In this document: positions 26,721-39,581 of the stretch, piece by piece
Numbering within the stretch: position 1 is the stretch's first letter
Layout of the letters: the number at the start of each line of letters is the position of its first letter
Translations under genes and position numbers: made by a program
The notes under the pieces: model-generated
Told to the model about the DNA's origin: nothing
What the model saw: only the letters and a program-made list of their open reading frames with translations
Databases searched by the model: none
Assembly (NCBI GenBank): GCA_000165425.1
Contig: CT868052.1
Span: 372,001-436,000 of the forward strand
DNA from: Paramecium tetraurelia
Taxonomy: Eukaryota
Reading direction: 5' to 3'
DNA length: 64,000 nucleotides

Positions 26721-28530
26721 ATGGAATAGTCTAATGTCAACACGGGAGATCGAATTAATGATAATTCATCTTCAGAAGAAATTGATCTAGAATTATAAGA
26801 TGATGAAGTAAAATAAATGGTAATAAAGTATAGACATAGGTCAATTAGGAATGCCCTTAGGAACAGTAAGTCTTGAGTCACTTATTGGAAATAGGAGAAT
26901 TCATCGATTATTTAGATTCAAATACAAATAAATGGATAACTATGAAGATTGTGGATATTTAAAACTCAAATATAAGACTTTAATCTCCTTACTCCTCAAA
27001 TACTTTCTGGATACAATTTTCATATGAAATTATTCGTAAATAGTGGATTCCTGGAGTCCCTCTATAGAACACAAGAGTCGAAGTCTATAATTCCAACAAG
27101 GGATGGTTAATTGGTATGGTCCTACAGGTAGATAAGGACTCAGTACTAATCCATCATTAGGGATATAAGAGAATATACGATCAGAATTATCAACTCAAGG
27201 ACATTCATCCTCTTGGTTAAAACTCAAATGAGCCTGGAATAGGAAAATTATTAAAATAACAGCCTTAATCAATTCTAAGATTGTAGCATCGATTTAACCT
27301 TTATCTACAATTATAAAATCTTTTATCCATGCGAAAAAAATATAAGGAAATGGAAACATCCTTACAATCTATTTTGAGTGAGTAGGGAATGCTTATAAGG
27401 GAAGTATAAGGCGATGGTAATTGTATGTTTAGAGCCATAAGCGATCAATTATATGGCAATGAAATTTATCACAAGGAATTACGTAAATTTGCTATGCAGT
27501 ACATTCTATAAGAGAAGGACTATTTCTAAGATTACATAATAAATGGGAATGTTGAAGAATATGTCGAATACAAATCAAAAGATGGTGTTTGGGGAGACAA
27601 TATAGAACTATAAGCCTTTCGAGAACTCTATGATATTCCTATTGAGATTTATGTTTGCAGCAAAGAACCATTAAAAACTGGATTAGAAGCCAATCCATTT
27701 AATAAAGAGTAATAATTTATTCTTATTTCTTAGACCAATCAGATTATCATATCATGGGAGATCTCATTACAACTCAATAAAATTAAAGGACAAACAACAT
27801 TCAGCCTTATTAGGAAGTCTAGAAATTAGTTAATATGAAAAACAAATGTTCGAGAAATTGCAAGAATAGAAAAACAAGCAAAATGCAAATAATAATAATA
27901 GATATGGACAATAATTGTCAAGAGCTTAATTTGAGAATTGTATTAGCAACGAATTAGACATAATTTTTAATGAATCCAAAAGATTATTCTAGGATCAATA
28001 ACTAAAAAAGTAATATTTTTTAACATTTATATAGTGAGTAAACTGCCATTAAGGAATCGTTGCAATAGCTCGAATACGAAGAAGAAGAGGAATAACTCAT
28101 GGATATGGTAATTAAGGAGAGTGTTCAAGAAGCTTAATTTAATTAATAATATCCAGATTAATAGCAGGAAAAATAAACTTAAAAATTATAGCAATTTTAA
28201 TAACAATAATAATAGTAATAGTAATAATAATAATAATAATAACAATAATAATAATAACCTAATTTAGAGAGTGAAATATTAAGGAAGATTATGGAATAAA
28301 GCAAATAGGAGTAGGAATAATAATTTATACAATAATTTGAAGATACACAATTTTAAAATGCTTTGAAGGAAAGTGAAAAAACAATTTATGAAGACCCCAT
28401 GAATAATCCTGTTATTGCCTAAGTTATGGCAATGGGGTTCTTTACACTTGAATAAGTGATCGAAGGTTATGCAATTCATAGGGATGACCCAGATATGATC
28501 ATTAATTATCTTTATGAAAATTTCTAATGA
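26721..28530 (+). CDS. OTU deubiquitinase (OTUD5-like) with N-terminal Tudor/chromo-barrel-like pair, UIM-like motifs and C-terminal UBA
   Basis: GDGNCMFRAISDQLYG, WGDNIELQA, LSYHGRSHYNS; AIKESL / VIKESV; VMAMGFFTLEQVIEGY. Confidence 0.9.
28198..28257 (+). repeat. Poly-Gln tract (20 codons, 18 of them TAA/TAG)
   Basis: In frame within the OTU gene. Confidence 0.9.
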
Positions 28531-28558
28531 TATTATAAATATTTTTATTTGAATATAA

Positions 28559-29223
28559 ATGGATGATTAAGATAAAATTCAGGAAGATGAATGTATGAAT
28601 TAATATTGTACCATTGAATCATAAAATGTTTATCCTGCTAAATTTAGTGATTAAATTCTATTTTTTTGTAAAGAATGTCTTGAATTATACACTGAGAAAA
28701 AGTGCTGTTATTTCTGTGCTTAAGTAATTATGCTTATATTCTAGGTTTACAGTGATTAAAATGAAAATTTTTTGGATGGTCAAAAATGGATTGCTTGTGA
28801 TTAGGAAAAGTGTGACAAATGGGTATTAAAATTATAATAAATTTATTTAAGACACATTTATCATGCGAAGCTAAAAATGGAATTCAGGGGATTGAATGTT
28901 TAGTAGAAGATATGAAATTTAAATACACTTGTCCATGGTGTAGGATTGAGGATCAAAAACAAAGAAATATGAAGCCTCTACCAAGATCCATCAACAGAAA
29001 AGGATTTAAATTTTTGGAGAAAATTCATAAAAGGAAGGGTAGTACCTATGAACCTCCTGCAAATAATAATAATAATGGTACCTCATATTTTAGTTCGTCT
29101 TATTCAAGTAAATCAAGTTATTTAGATGAACTCTTGAAAAAGAATGGAGGGTTTAGCTAGTAAATAACTTAAGAAGAGATGCAAATAGATTTATAGAAAA
29201 TGTTTTCATTAGTTAAATAATGA
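28559..29223 (+). CDS. PHD-finger protein
   Basis: C..C...CCYFCAQVY...WIACDQEKCDKWTHLSCE...YTCPWCR; 2 introns. Confidence 0.88.
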
Positions 29224-29506
29224 TACTACAATCAAAAATTAAAATTATAGATATCTTGATTCTCATAAATGACATCAATATCATTTAACATCAAAGTGTT
29301 ATACTAAAGCTATAATTAATTATAATTAAAGTATATTATAAGTGATTTGTATTATGAGAAGACATGTGTTTATCTACCGATTTATTAAAGGGGAATTAGT
29401 GATTAAGACCAGCTAACTTAACGAATCAAAATTTATCTGAAATCCAACGATAATAAGAAATTGAAATCATCTATAAATTATAAAATATAATTTATTTATT
29501 ATAAGA

Positions 29507-31019
29507 ATGAAATCATCTTATGCTTCTCTTAAAGATCTACTACCCTTGATGCAAAATAAACAGGCAAAGATAAAAATAAAACTTTAAGCTAGTCAAAATT
29601 ATGAAGAATCTTGTACATGTAATTAAATGAGTTGTGTAATATGTTCTCGAAAAAGATCATCATCAATGATTTCTTTAAAACCATTAAAACACTCAATAAT
29701 AATAGATTAAGGAAAAATAGAAAAATAAGGAGTAGCTTAACTTTAAGGTCTGATATCCAGAAAATTATCAAAATAATCATCAAATTAATTGTTGTAGCAA
29801 ACATATTATGGTGGGAAGTTGAATTATGATTAAAAAGATTCGTCTACTAACTCTTCGACATGGTTATTGTCAAAATCTCATTCAAGAAAAATATCATTAG
29901 ACAATTATTCCTAAAAGGAAACTATTTAACTTAAAACGTCATAATAATAAATTACTACGATAAGTAGATTAACATTTCGATTTATTTATGTGATCGGTAA
30001 GGGAGGCTTCGGAAAAGTGTGGAGAGTTGAAATGAAACAAACAAAAAAAGAGTTTGCATTGAAAGAAATGATCAAGGCAAAGTATATTTACTTATATCTT
30101 AGAATTATTTCTAAAAGATCAGTCAATTCAGTTATGAATGAAAAGTTCTTATTGGAACATCTTCGTCATCCATTTATTGTGAACATGCATTTTGCATTTT
30201 AAGATAAAGAAAATCTTTATCTCGTGTTGGATTTATTAAGAGGTGGAGATTTAAGATTCCATATTTGTAAATTGAAAAGATTTACTGAAGATCAAGCAAG
30301 TACGAAATTAATATAATGAGAATTTTTCGCTTGTTGTATGCTACTTGCATTGCAGTATTTGCATTCGAACGGTATCATTCATCGAGATCTTAAACCAGAA
30401 AATTTAGTATTCGACAAAGATGGTTTTTTGCATTTAACTGATTTGGGAGTTGCTAGATTAAATAAGGATAGCATTGCAAATGATACTTCTGGGACACCAG
30501 GTTATATGGCACCAGAAGTTATGTGTAGATTGGAGCATTCCTATCCTGTTGATTATTATGCACTAGGAGTTATTCTATATGAAATTTTAATTGGTAAAAG
30601 GCCCTATAATGGAAAAAATAGATAAGAAATTAGAGAACAAATATTAGCCAAGTAAGCATCGATAAAAGAAGGGACTCCTAATATTAGTAGCAAAGCCATC
30701 GATTTTATTAATAGGGTATATTATCATTTAAATTAGTTACTCATTCGTAAACCATAATAAAGATTAGGCTTCAGCGGAATTGAAGAGATAATTCATCATT
30801 CTTGGTTGAAAGGAGTCTAATGGGCTAAATTGCTAAATAAAGAGATGAAATCTTTATACATACCAGGAGTAACTTATATTTCTTAATAAAAAGTGTATTG
30901 ATGGTAATAGTGATTTTTAAAATCAGATATCAGCAGATAGTGAAATAGAAGAAGACTGTCAGAGTTTATTAAGAAGAAAAAGTGTATAAAGTTTATTCGA
31001 TGGGTATAAGTTTTAATGA
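29507..31019 (+). CDS. AGC-group Ser/Thr protein kinase
   Basis: IGKGGFGKV, FALKEM, HRDLKPEN, DLG, GTPGYMAPE; C-terminal FDGYKF hydrophobic motif; 4 introns. Confidence 0.95.
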
Positions 31020-31208
31020 TATGTTAATGTTGATTAATTATTATTTAAATAGTCATAAATATCAATTCAATCTTATTCTTAGGGTAATTTTACATTCAAT
31101 TCTCAGATTCAACATTCGTTCAAAAACATATTATGTGTATGAAGTGCTTTGTGAATAATTTATAAAAAAGTATTTATTATTATTAATTACCTTAAATTTT
31201 CAATCAAT

Positions 31209-33129
31209 ATGAGTAGAAAACCCATTTTTCTATAAGACAAGTAGGCATAATAAGGCTATATGTATAACTAACCTAATCAAATATAAACTGGTAGATAGGC
31301 TGATACAAGGATTGCTAATATGAAAAGCACTGAACACCTTCTAATGGGTATTTTTTATATGTTATTCAGCACCTTAACATAATTCTCCTTTTTCTGCATT
31401 GAGCACTGCAATGTAATCATAAGATGCTTCCTTCTTGAGTAACAGGGTAGATGAGAGTAATGTTGGATTTTAACAAATTGTGAAACATGTCAATCAAATG
31501 ATAATGGAAAAATCATAAGCACAAGAACTAAAGATTAAAGAATTATAAAATCAAATAGATTCAAACAGAACTATTATTTTTGATATTAGAGGACAAAATC
31601 CAATAAATGCTGAATAGTTAAGCATAAAATTTAAATAGTTTGAAGAATCTGTAATTTTTATTTTCAATTTTTATAGATCAGAACATAAATAAAAAAGGCT
31701 TAAGAGGAATTAATGAGTTAATAGGTTAATTTTTAAAACGATTATTAAAATAAGTTCAAAGAATTACAAGATTAGACTGATAATAAATTAAAATTGATAT
31801 AAAAAGACAACTAGTAAAATTTAGTTAAATTAAAAGAAGACTCTTAATTGAGAATTGCTCCTTAAAATAATCTAAGTGAAGATAAAACAATTAAGGATAT
31901 TCAATAAAAAATTAAAGATCTTCAATTATTATTTGATTCTTAACATAATGAATTCACATTGTATGATTAAAAGACCAAGTAAAAATTCCATTATATTTGA
32001 ATTAGATAACAATTAGCAAAATTAGAAAAGAATTTGTTTGAACAATCCTAAAAAATTAGTGTTTAAGAGGAATAGACCATTGCTTAATTTAAGACATTTT
32101 AAAATAATTAATAAAACAATATTGCTTAAGCAAGTAAAAAACTGTCCGATGATATTGAAATCAAATTATAGTAGGTTTAGAATATAATCCAGTAAAAAAC
32201 ATTTTCTTAATCTGATAAGTAATGGATAACATATAAATTAGATTGACAGAATTAACACTTCAATAGGCGGATTTAAATAAAATTACTCAAGGAGTGTTTG
32301 ATCTACAGAATTCATAAAAGTTACTCTCTTAGCAGTATCAAGAATTAACTCTCAGAATTGATTAACATCTTTCGTAAAATTCTAAGCAAGAAATATATCT
32401 GAAATAATTAGAATAAAAGGTCGATTAGGTATTTATAGGATATTAATATGTTTTAGAATAAAGACGAAAATGACAATGGAATTACATAATTAAAATTAGA
32501 ACTTTCTAGTTTAACCAAATAATTTGAAAGAATTAAATAAGAATATAAAAATTAGTTTGAATACCTTTAAGATTTATAAAATAAATCAAATGAAGAGATC
32601 AGAAAGTCGCATTAAGAATTACTATTTTCATTTAAGCAGACAGAGTAGACCAATTGGATTGATGAATATAATAAGAAAAAGCCTGAGATACAATAAGCAT
32701 AGGTCTAAGTGTTTAATTATGAAGAAGATTCCGAGAGTAAGAGCGACTAGCAATTAAATGAATTATCTGAATAAAACAATATTGTATTAGATTTGTTTAA
32801 AATAATAGGAATAAATAGAACATGAGTTTGAGAAGGAAGCTTTTATGGACAAATTGAAGGCATTGAGTCCTTCTAAGAATAGCTAATTTTAGGAAGAGAA
32901 GATAGTTGAAGTGAAAGAGGAGGATTAGCATTAGAAAAATGATTAAAAAGGAGAAGACGAAGATGATGATGAAGAAAATGAAGCTACATATTAACTGGAC
33001 GAAAATGGTTTCTTATTAGATGACGAGGGCAATTATTTATTGGATGAAAATGGTTAGATGATTCAATTAAATGAAACCTAAATAGAGTATTTAAGAAAGT
33101 AAGACATGGTTTAAGAGGAAGATAATTGA
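31209..33129 (+). CDS. Long coiled-coil protein with acidic C-terminal DxxG-repeat domain
   Basis: Q/E/K heptads; ends YQLDENGFLLDDEGNYLLDENGQMIQL...EEDN*. Confidence 0.75.
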
Positions 33130-33420
33130 TAATCATAATGACTTTATCATTTAAATTAAATGAAAAAGAATATATATATATATATAAGTATATAAAAAAT
33201 GCTTAAAACTCTCAAAACTTGAACTTTACGTTCAAAGCTGATAACATATTTAAATTTACTTGATTTGTGATTAAATTTAGTGAATGACATCTAAAATTGG
33301 TAGAAATAAGTAATATTAATTATAATAAAATGTAATAGAAAAAAGAAGCTTGAAAAATTTGTACTTGGTTATAAATTTTGTTGAGCAAAATTAAAATAAA
33401 ACTGAGAATATCACTTCAAT

Positions 33421-34036
33421 TCAATACAATTTTTTTTCATTAATTAAAGAGTTTAGCATTTTTTCCAATTCAAGGTTCTTTTATGAAATAGAAATCATTT
33501 CTAATTTAGCTTTATTTTAAGATTCTGTTAAAATAGATTAGCTTTATTAATACTTAAATAATTTAATGAAATACAGAGGAGGCGAAAAAATTAAATTAGT
33601 CTAATTCTTTTGAAAAAGAGTTTAGCTCTGATTTTAATGCTAAGAATTGTGATATTATTTTTATTTTTTCTTGTTTCTTTTTCATGACTAAGTGAATCAA
33701 ATTTCTAAGCGCGATATTATAAAAGGAATACTTATTATTTTTCTAGAAGTATGGATTTTTAAATTCATACTTCCCTTAATGATTCTTCACGCGTTTAAAT
33801 CCATAGTTATTCATTTAGCGAGTAAATGAGTCAATATGATTATGCTTAAAATAGTTTAAGAGTATCTAATTTTCAAATAGTTCTTATTGATGGATTATAA
33901 TACCATCACCTTTTTAATCGAAACTAATAATTTCTTAATAAGATTAATTCTATATTAAATAATTTAATTGGATTACATCTAATATTTCAATCAATTTGGT
34001 CACAAATTTTGGGATTCTCTAATTTTTAGTATTCAT
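33421..34036 (-). CDS. HSF-type DNA-binding transcription factor
   Basis: PKFVTKLIEIL...YFKHNHIDSFTRQMNNYGFKR...EFKNPYF plus a short heptad region; 3 introns. Confidence 0.92.
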
Positions 34037-34428
34037 TAATTTTTATATCGAATTTTCTGTAAAAATTCTCAATAATAAGTAGGTAACTCTGTGAAATACA
34101 AAAAGTTAATGGTTCCATTAATTGATTAGGATGTATTCACTAAAGTATAAATCAAAATCATAACTTAATGGATAATTATCAAGTTTTTAAATTGTATATT
34201 TAATATCCTTAGTTAATATAATATTTCCAAAAATTTCATAATAATTAAAGTTTATGAAAATCTGCAACTTAGAAGAATGATAGGTGAGATTAAAAGTGGA
34301 AGTGATGATAGTAAATGAGCTTGATGAATTATTCGAGTTTATAGTTTGAAAACCAATCAAATTTAAGTTTTGAGATTCTTAAACTAGATATAAAAAATAA
34401 TTTTCTAGTATATTAAAATAACAAATAT

Positions 34429-34942
34429 ATGGTAATATATTTATTTTATTCTTTAGTCAGGAATTGCTAAGAGTGCAAAGGGTGGAAAAGGTGGAAAAGG
34501 AGGAAAAGGAGGAAAGTTTGGATCTGGAAAAAATAAGAAGACTCCTCAATCTAGGTCTTTGAAGGCAGGGCTTTAAGTATGTATTTTTGTAAATTTTAGT
34601 TCCCTGTTGGTCGTATTCATCGATATCTTAAGCAAAGAGTATCTGCTAAAAACAGAGTAGGAACTACATCAGCAGTATACGCATCAGCAATTTTGGAATA
34701 TTTAACTGCAGAGGTGCTTGAGTTAGCAGGGAATGCTTCTAAGGACTTTAAAGGTGAGAAAAAATCAATATAATTTTTTAGTCAGAAGAATAACTCCAAG
34801 ACATTTACAATTAGCTATTAGAGGAGATGAAGAGCTTGATATCCTTATCAGAGCAACAATAGCTGGCGGTGGTGTCATTCCTCATATTCACAAAGCTTTA
34901 TTAGGAAAGTAAACACCTGAAGGTGGTTAACCAAAGGAATGA
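34429..34942 (+). CDS. H2A.Z: Histone variant H2A.Z (hv1-type)
   Basis: [65 protein letters not shown]; (GGK)4 tail; 3 introns, the first directly after ATG. Confidence 0.97.
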
Positions 34943-35851
34943 AATATATATATAATAATATTGATTCATTTTGCAATTTAATTATGATACAATGTATAAT
35001 TATTGGATATGGAAAATAAATCAAATTTTATAAAATGATTTAGATGCGTCTTGTTGAAATAAAATTCGATCATATTATTTATCGTTAAAAAAACAATTAA
35101 TTTAATAATATAAATGGATTTTAAAGTATATGAATTTGAAATCCAAAGAAATTTTAGAAATAACACTTAACAATCATTAAGGCTGTTTTAAGAATGAGTT
35201 CTATGATTTAATTAATATATCACTTCAAAAATCAATTCTTTTTTTAATTTTAACTCCCCTTTTGATATGATTCGATTGAAAATGAAATTTATTATTTTTC
35301 AATTATCTTATCCTTACTCATATTATAATTCTCAAATCTTAAGTCTAATTATTATATCTTCTAACACCAATTCAGAGATCTCATGCTTAACAGAGTAATT
35401 ATCTATAAATTTGGATTCAAGTTATCTGTTTTAGACTATTAAATCTACAACTTTAAAAATCTTCATAATCAATAGATATCATAGCATTTAAATTAGACAT
35501 TTATTTCCCAAGCTAATAAACCTTCATTTCTAAATTAATGGAGTTAAATTCATTAGTTGGAAATATATTTGATTACAAATGAAATTCATAAATAGCCTTC
35601 TTAAAAATTGAATATCCTTCTAAATATGAAATTTTTCTGGAATAAATTATATATCTTTCATCTGATTTCTTATCACATTTTACATAATTTCTAAAGAAAT
35701 AGTTTAATTGAATCATCGTTCTTAATGGATATCAAAGTGATAAGGAATCTCCATTTAATTATTAAGTTTTGATCTGAATCAAGTAATAATTCTATGAGAC
35801 AAATACAAACAATTATTGAATGCAAGTTGATTTTTTTATTATAATTACATA

Positions 35852-36582
35852 ATGATATTAATCACAACTTTAATAACTTTAATATATGCAGCCTATGATG
35901 GAACTGATTATTTGAAAGGCGAAGGGAATTTTGGAGTTGAATAAAATTGGATCATGAATTAGACTGAAGAATATATGGAAACCGAATTTGTTACTGAGGG
36001 GGATGGAAAAGTATGTTAAATTATGAATTACTGAAAGTTCTTGAAATTAAAGAAAAAGGAAGAATCGGAACTAAGTTTCAAGGATGGATTCTATCATCTG
36101 TTTGAAGAATCACAACCTTAGCATATTCGATTTTGGTTTGCGTCAGGAAATAAGGAGATTGAGGACACGAACTTGAGATTGAAGGATACTGCGACTGATA
36201 AAACTGCCATTTCATTTAGATGTGGATATGCTGGGTTCGTCAGAGTGAATGACAATTAAATGATCACATTTTATAATAGTTCAGTTTCAAGTGATGCTAA
36301 AATCATTTGGACATAAGCAGATATCTTATTGAATTGGGATACACAAGAGGTGTTGGTGTTTATGAATGAATCGTATATGGGCTCTACCATTTTTTACCAT
36401 TCAGAAGTATGTTGAATATATTTAGATAGGTGACCAAAGTGAATGAAGTGATGCTCTATAATTTAAAGCCAAACACTACAAGTTGGTGGAAGAATATTAA
36501 AATATGCAAAGAGAGATGTGATAATTTCGAATTTACTCAAATAGTTGTGATTTGCTTTGCATTATTCATATTATTATTGTGA
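35852..36582 (+). CDS. Hypothetical surface protein (signal peptide, beta-rich domain, C-terminal hydrophobic anchor)
   Basis: MILITTLITLIYA...; ends IVVICFALFILLL*; 2 introns. Confidence 0.75.
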
Positions 36583-36613
36583 ATAACTGATGATACTTTG
36601 TTAATTTTAATAA

Positions 36614-37314
36614 TCAGCATTTGCAATCGTCTTCTTATTTTTTTGTATTTTATTATTTATAGTAATTACCTAATTTAACGCCACTATCCTATTAATGTTC
36701 ACAATGTAATTTATACTTCTGTAGCGAACTCAATTTGTTTCTTTTCGATTTTATCAACAATTTCCATGGCTGTATTCTCAAACAATTAGTCAATATTATA
36801 ATTGGTTTTAGCTGAAGTTTCAATGTATTGCATTTTGTGTTGATCAGCAAATGCCTTCGCTTGAATGGTCGATATTTTACGACTATGATAATTAATGTGT
36901 AATATGTACTGGGATTCCAAATCAACTTTATTGCCTACCAAGACTATTTAGCAATTCTAGGCAGCTGAATCATTGACTTCATTATACCACTTTAATACAT
37001 TGTGGAATGATTCCTCGTTTGTGATGTCAAAAACAAGCAAAACCCCAATGGATCTAAACTTCATTCTCAATTAGATACCCTTTATAATAGGATCTCGTTA
37101 TTGACTTGAAGGAATCCTATCCTGCAGTATCCCAAATTTATATTTTTATTGTCTTCTCATTCTTTACAAAAACCTAAGATCCAAATTCCACTCCGATTGT
37201 AGTGTCATGTTCATCTCGAAATTATTTCTCTGTGTATCTCAACAAAATGCAAGACTTCCCCACACTTCCATCTCCAACTATGATAAATTTGAATAAATAA
37301 TGGTATTATGACAT
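36614..37314 (-). CDS. Rab GTPase, Rab2-like
   Basis: GDGSVGKSC, TIGVEFG, IWDTAGQ, FKSITRSYY, GNK; ends CKC*. Confidence 0.95.
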
Positions 37315-37385
37315 CTAAATATTTATTATTTATTTTAAGCATTCCCAAATTATCACATTTCTATATTAAATATATCTGTAAAGTT

Positions 37386-38677
37386 ATGGACAATCCCGAA
37401 ACCCTCAAAATCCTCAAGGAAACAATAGACAAATTAAAGATCACCAAAGAGAACCTAAGAGAGATAAGGAAAACCAATTAAACCTTCCCTCGTCAAACCA
37501 ATACCAGACTCTTAGATGCGTTTTAATCGTTTGCTTAATTTGATCGTGCTCCAATCTGGATGATGAGGTATCGAATCCTTTGAACTCAGATAAGCAGGGA
37601 GATACCTTCCTGAATTCAAAGAAATCATGAAAAACAGAGATTTCTTTGATGCATGTTAAGATCCATTCATTGCAGCTGAAATCACCTTACAACCATTGAA
37701 ACAATTCGAAATCGATGCTGCTATCATATTCTCGGATATTCTAACACTTCCAAAAGCAATGGGAATGGAAGTATTTAAATGTAAATAACAACAATAGATT
37801 GTCATGGATAAAGAAAAAGGACCCATCATCAAAAATAAATTAGAAACCGTTGATGATATCAATAGAATCAAATCTCCAGATCCAGAGAGTCTAGAACATG
37901 TTTATGATGCATTATATCTAACAAGATAAGCTTTATAAGGAAAGTAGACTCTCATTGGCTTTTGTGGAGCTCCATTCACTGTTTTTTCTTATATGGTTGA
38001 AGGTGAGACATCCAAAATGTTTCTAAAAACTAAGAAATGGTTGTATTAATACACTTAAGAAACCAGAAAAGTCATGGATTTAATTGCTAGGGAGAGTGCT
38101 CAATATTTAATTAATTAAGTCAAAGAAGGAGGAGCCCAAGTTATTTAGATCTTCGATTCCTTTGCAGGGTATTACTCAAACTTAAACTTTAGATAAATTC
38201 CACCTATTGATTATATTGAATTTGTTATTCCCTCATTAAGAATCTTATTAGAAGGATTCAAATAAGAGTGTCCAAACACTCCATTAATAATGTTTGCTAA
38301 GGATCAAAATGGAGTTGAAGTTATCTTGGCTTTTCTCAAAATGTGCTTGGGGGAAACTCCTTTGATTGACGGGTTCTAGTTGGATTCCAATGTTAGTGAT
38401 GATGTCCTAATCAAAATTATTGAAAGTGATAGAACTATCCAAGGAAATCTTGAACCTGGAGTATTTAAATCATATTTTCTAGGTTTTGTATGGTACTTAA
38501 TAAATCATAAAAAAGAGAGTATCTTAAATGATTGAAAAATTATAAACAACCAGAAGATATATTATGAATTTATCGCATGGATTGACTCCTGATCATGAAG
38601 TTGAAAAAGTTAGGTAATTCATTTAGGAGTCTATACGATAATCAAAGTTATATAAAGTAAGAGAGATATTAGAATGA
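37386..38677 (+). CDS. UROD: Uroporphyrinogen decarboxylase
   Basis: [50 protein letters not shown]. Confidence 0.96.
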
Positions 38678-38895
38678 CGTATAATATCAATATTAAAAAT
38701 AATATAATACTATATATACTGAAAATTACTTAAAAACCCCCTTCAAATGCGATTCAAAACATGCAACAATTCACAAATTAAAAATAACTTGAAAAACAAA
38801 TTTGCACATAAGTGTTTCCCCTTAAAGCAAAGAACTTGGAACAGCTGAAATGAAATAGAAAAATGGTTTAAGAATCAAGAAAAAAATAAAAAAAA

Positions 38896-39089
38896 TTATT
38901 CACATCATTGTATTGGAAGAACATTAACTCAGTTCTCCTCATAATACTAACTAGTATTTGCTTACTAAGCACGAATATTAGATGATAAACTAGGATAAGG
39001 AATGCCCACCTCCAGGAAGTATGTTACAATTCCTTTTGAAATCGGACAAGATCATATAGTCATAATCCGATGCTAACATTTATGAATAA
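38896..39089. ncRNA. Candidate structured RNA of unknown class (four hairpins plus a closing stem)
   Basis: Nested inverted repeats in a locally GC-richer intergenic stretch with no credible ORF; see findings. Confidence 0.45.
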
Positions 39090-39581
39090 ATTAAAAAAAT
39101 ACTTCAAACTAATTGATATCTAGGCAAATATTTTTACAGTAACAAAATAACTAATTATATTAATATATATATGTGTTAATGATATATTATAAATTCTTCA
39201 TTGAATGTATAAATATTATAATAGAAAATAATAATTAATTTAAATTAGTACAACTTAGAAACCCCAAAAGGTTGAAAGACGTGGTGAATAGATTTGATTG
39301 TTGTTATTTTAGTATTGATTTTTCATTAAGATCAGAGGGAATACAGATTCTTTTATAAAACAAATTTTCTTAATTTGATATTTTCGTTTATTTGTGATTA
39401 ATATATTATAACACAACATGTTTCATAATAAATAGAATTTGTTTGCTTAGAATATTTGGTTATTTTACTGTATTTCTTTCGGTTTTATAACTAAATAACA
39501 GAATTTTGAGCTTCGGACTGGGAATCATAATTGCAAATCTTACACCAAGAAGTGATTATTTTATTTATCGTTTTTGAAATT

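Noticed and set aside
35150..35820. Longer intergenic gap with coding-like patches (similar gaps at 17100-17900, 21380-21800, 55560-56290)
   Set aside because: All frames are interrupted with no recognisable motif; possibly pseudogene debris but not supportable
39012..39024. Minus-strand ATACTTCCTGG resembling the U1 snRNA 5' end
   Set aside because: Lacks the invariant A of ACTTACCTG, lies inside a hairpin, and has no U1A loop (ATTGCAC) or correctly placed Sm site
39258..39270. AAACCCCAAAA resembling a telomerase template or telomeric repeat
   Set aside because: Single copy, no upstream TGTCA template-boundary motif and no convincing TER helices
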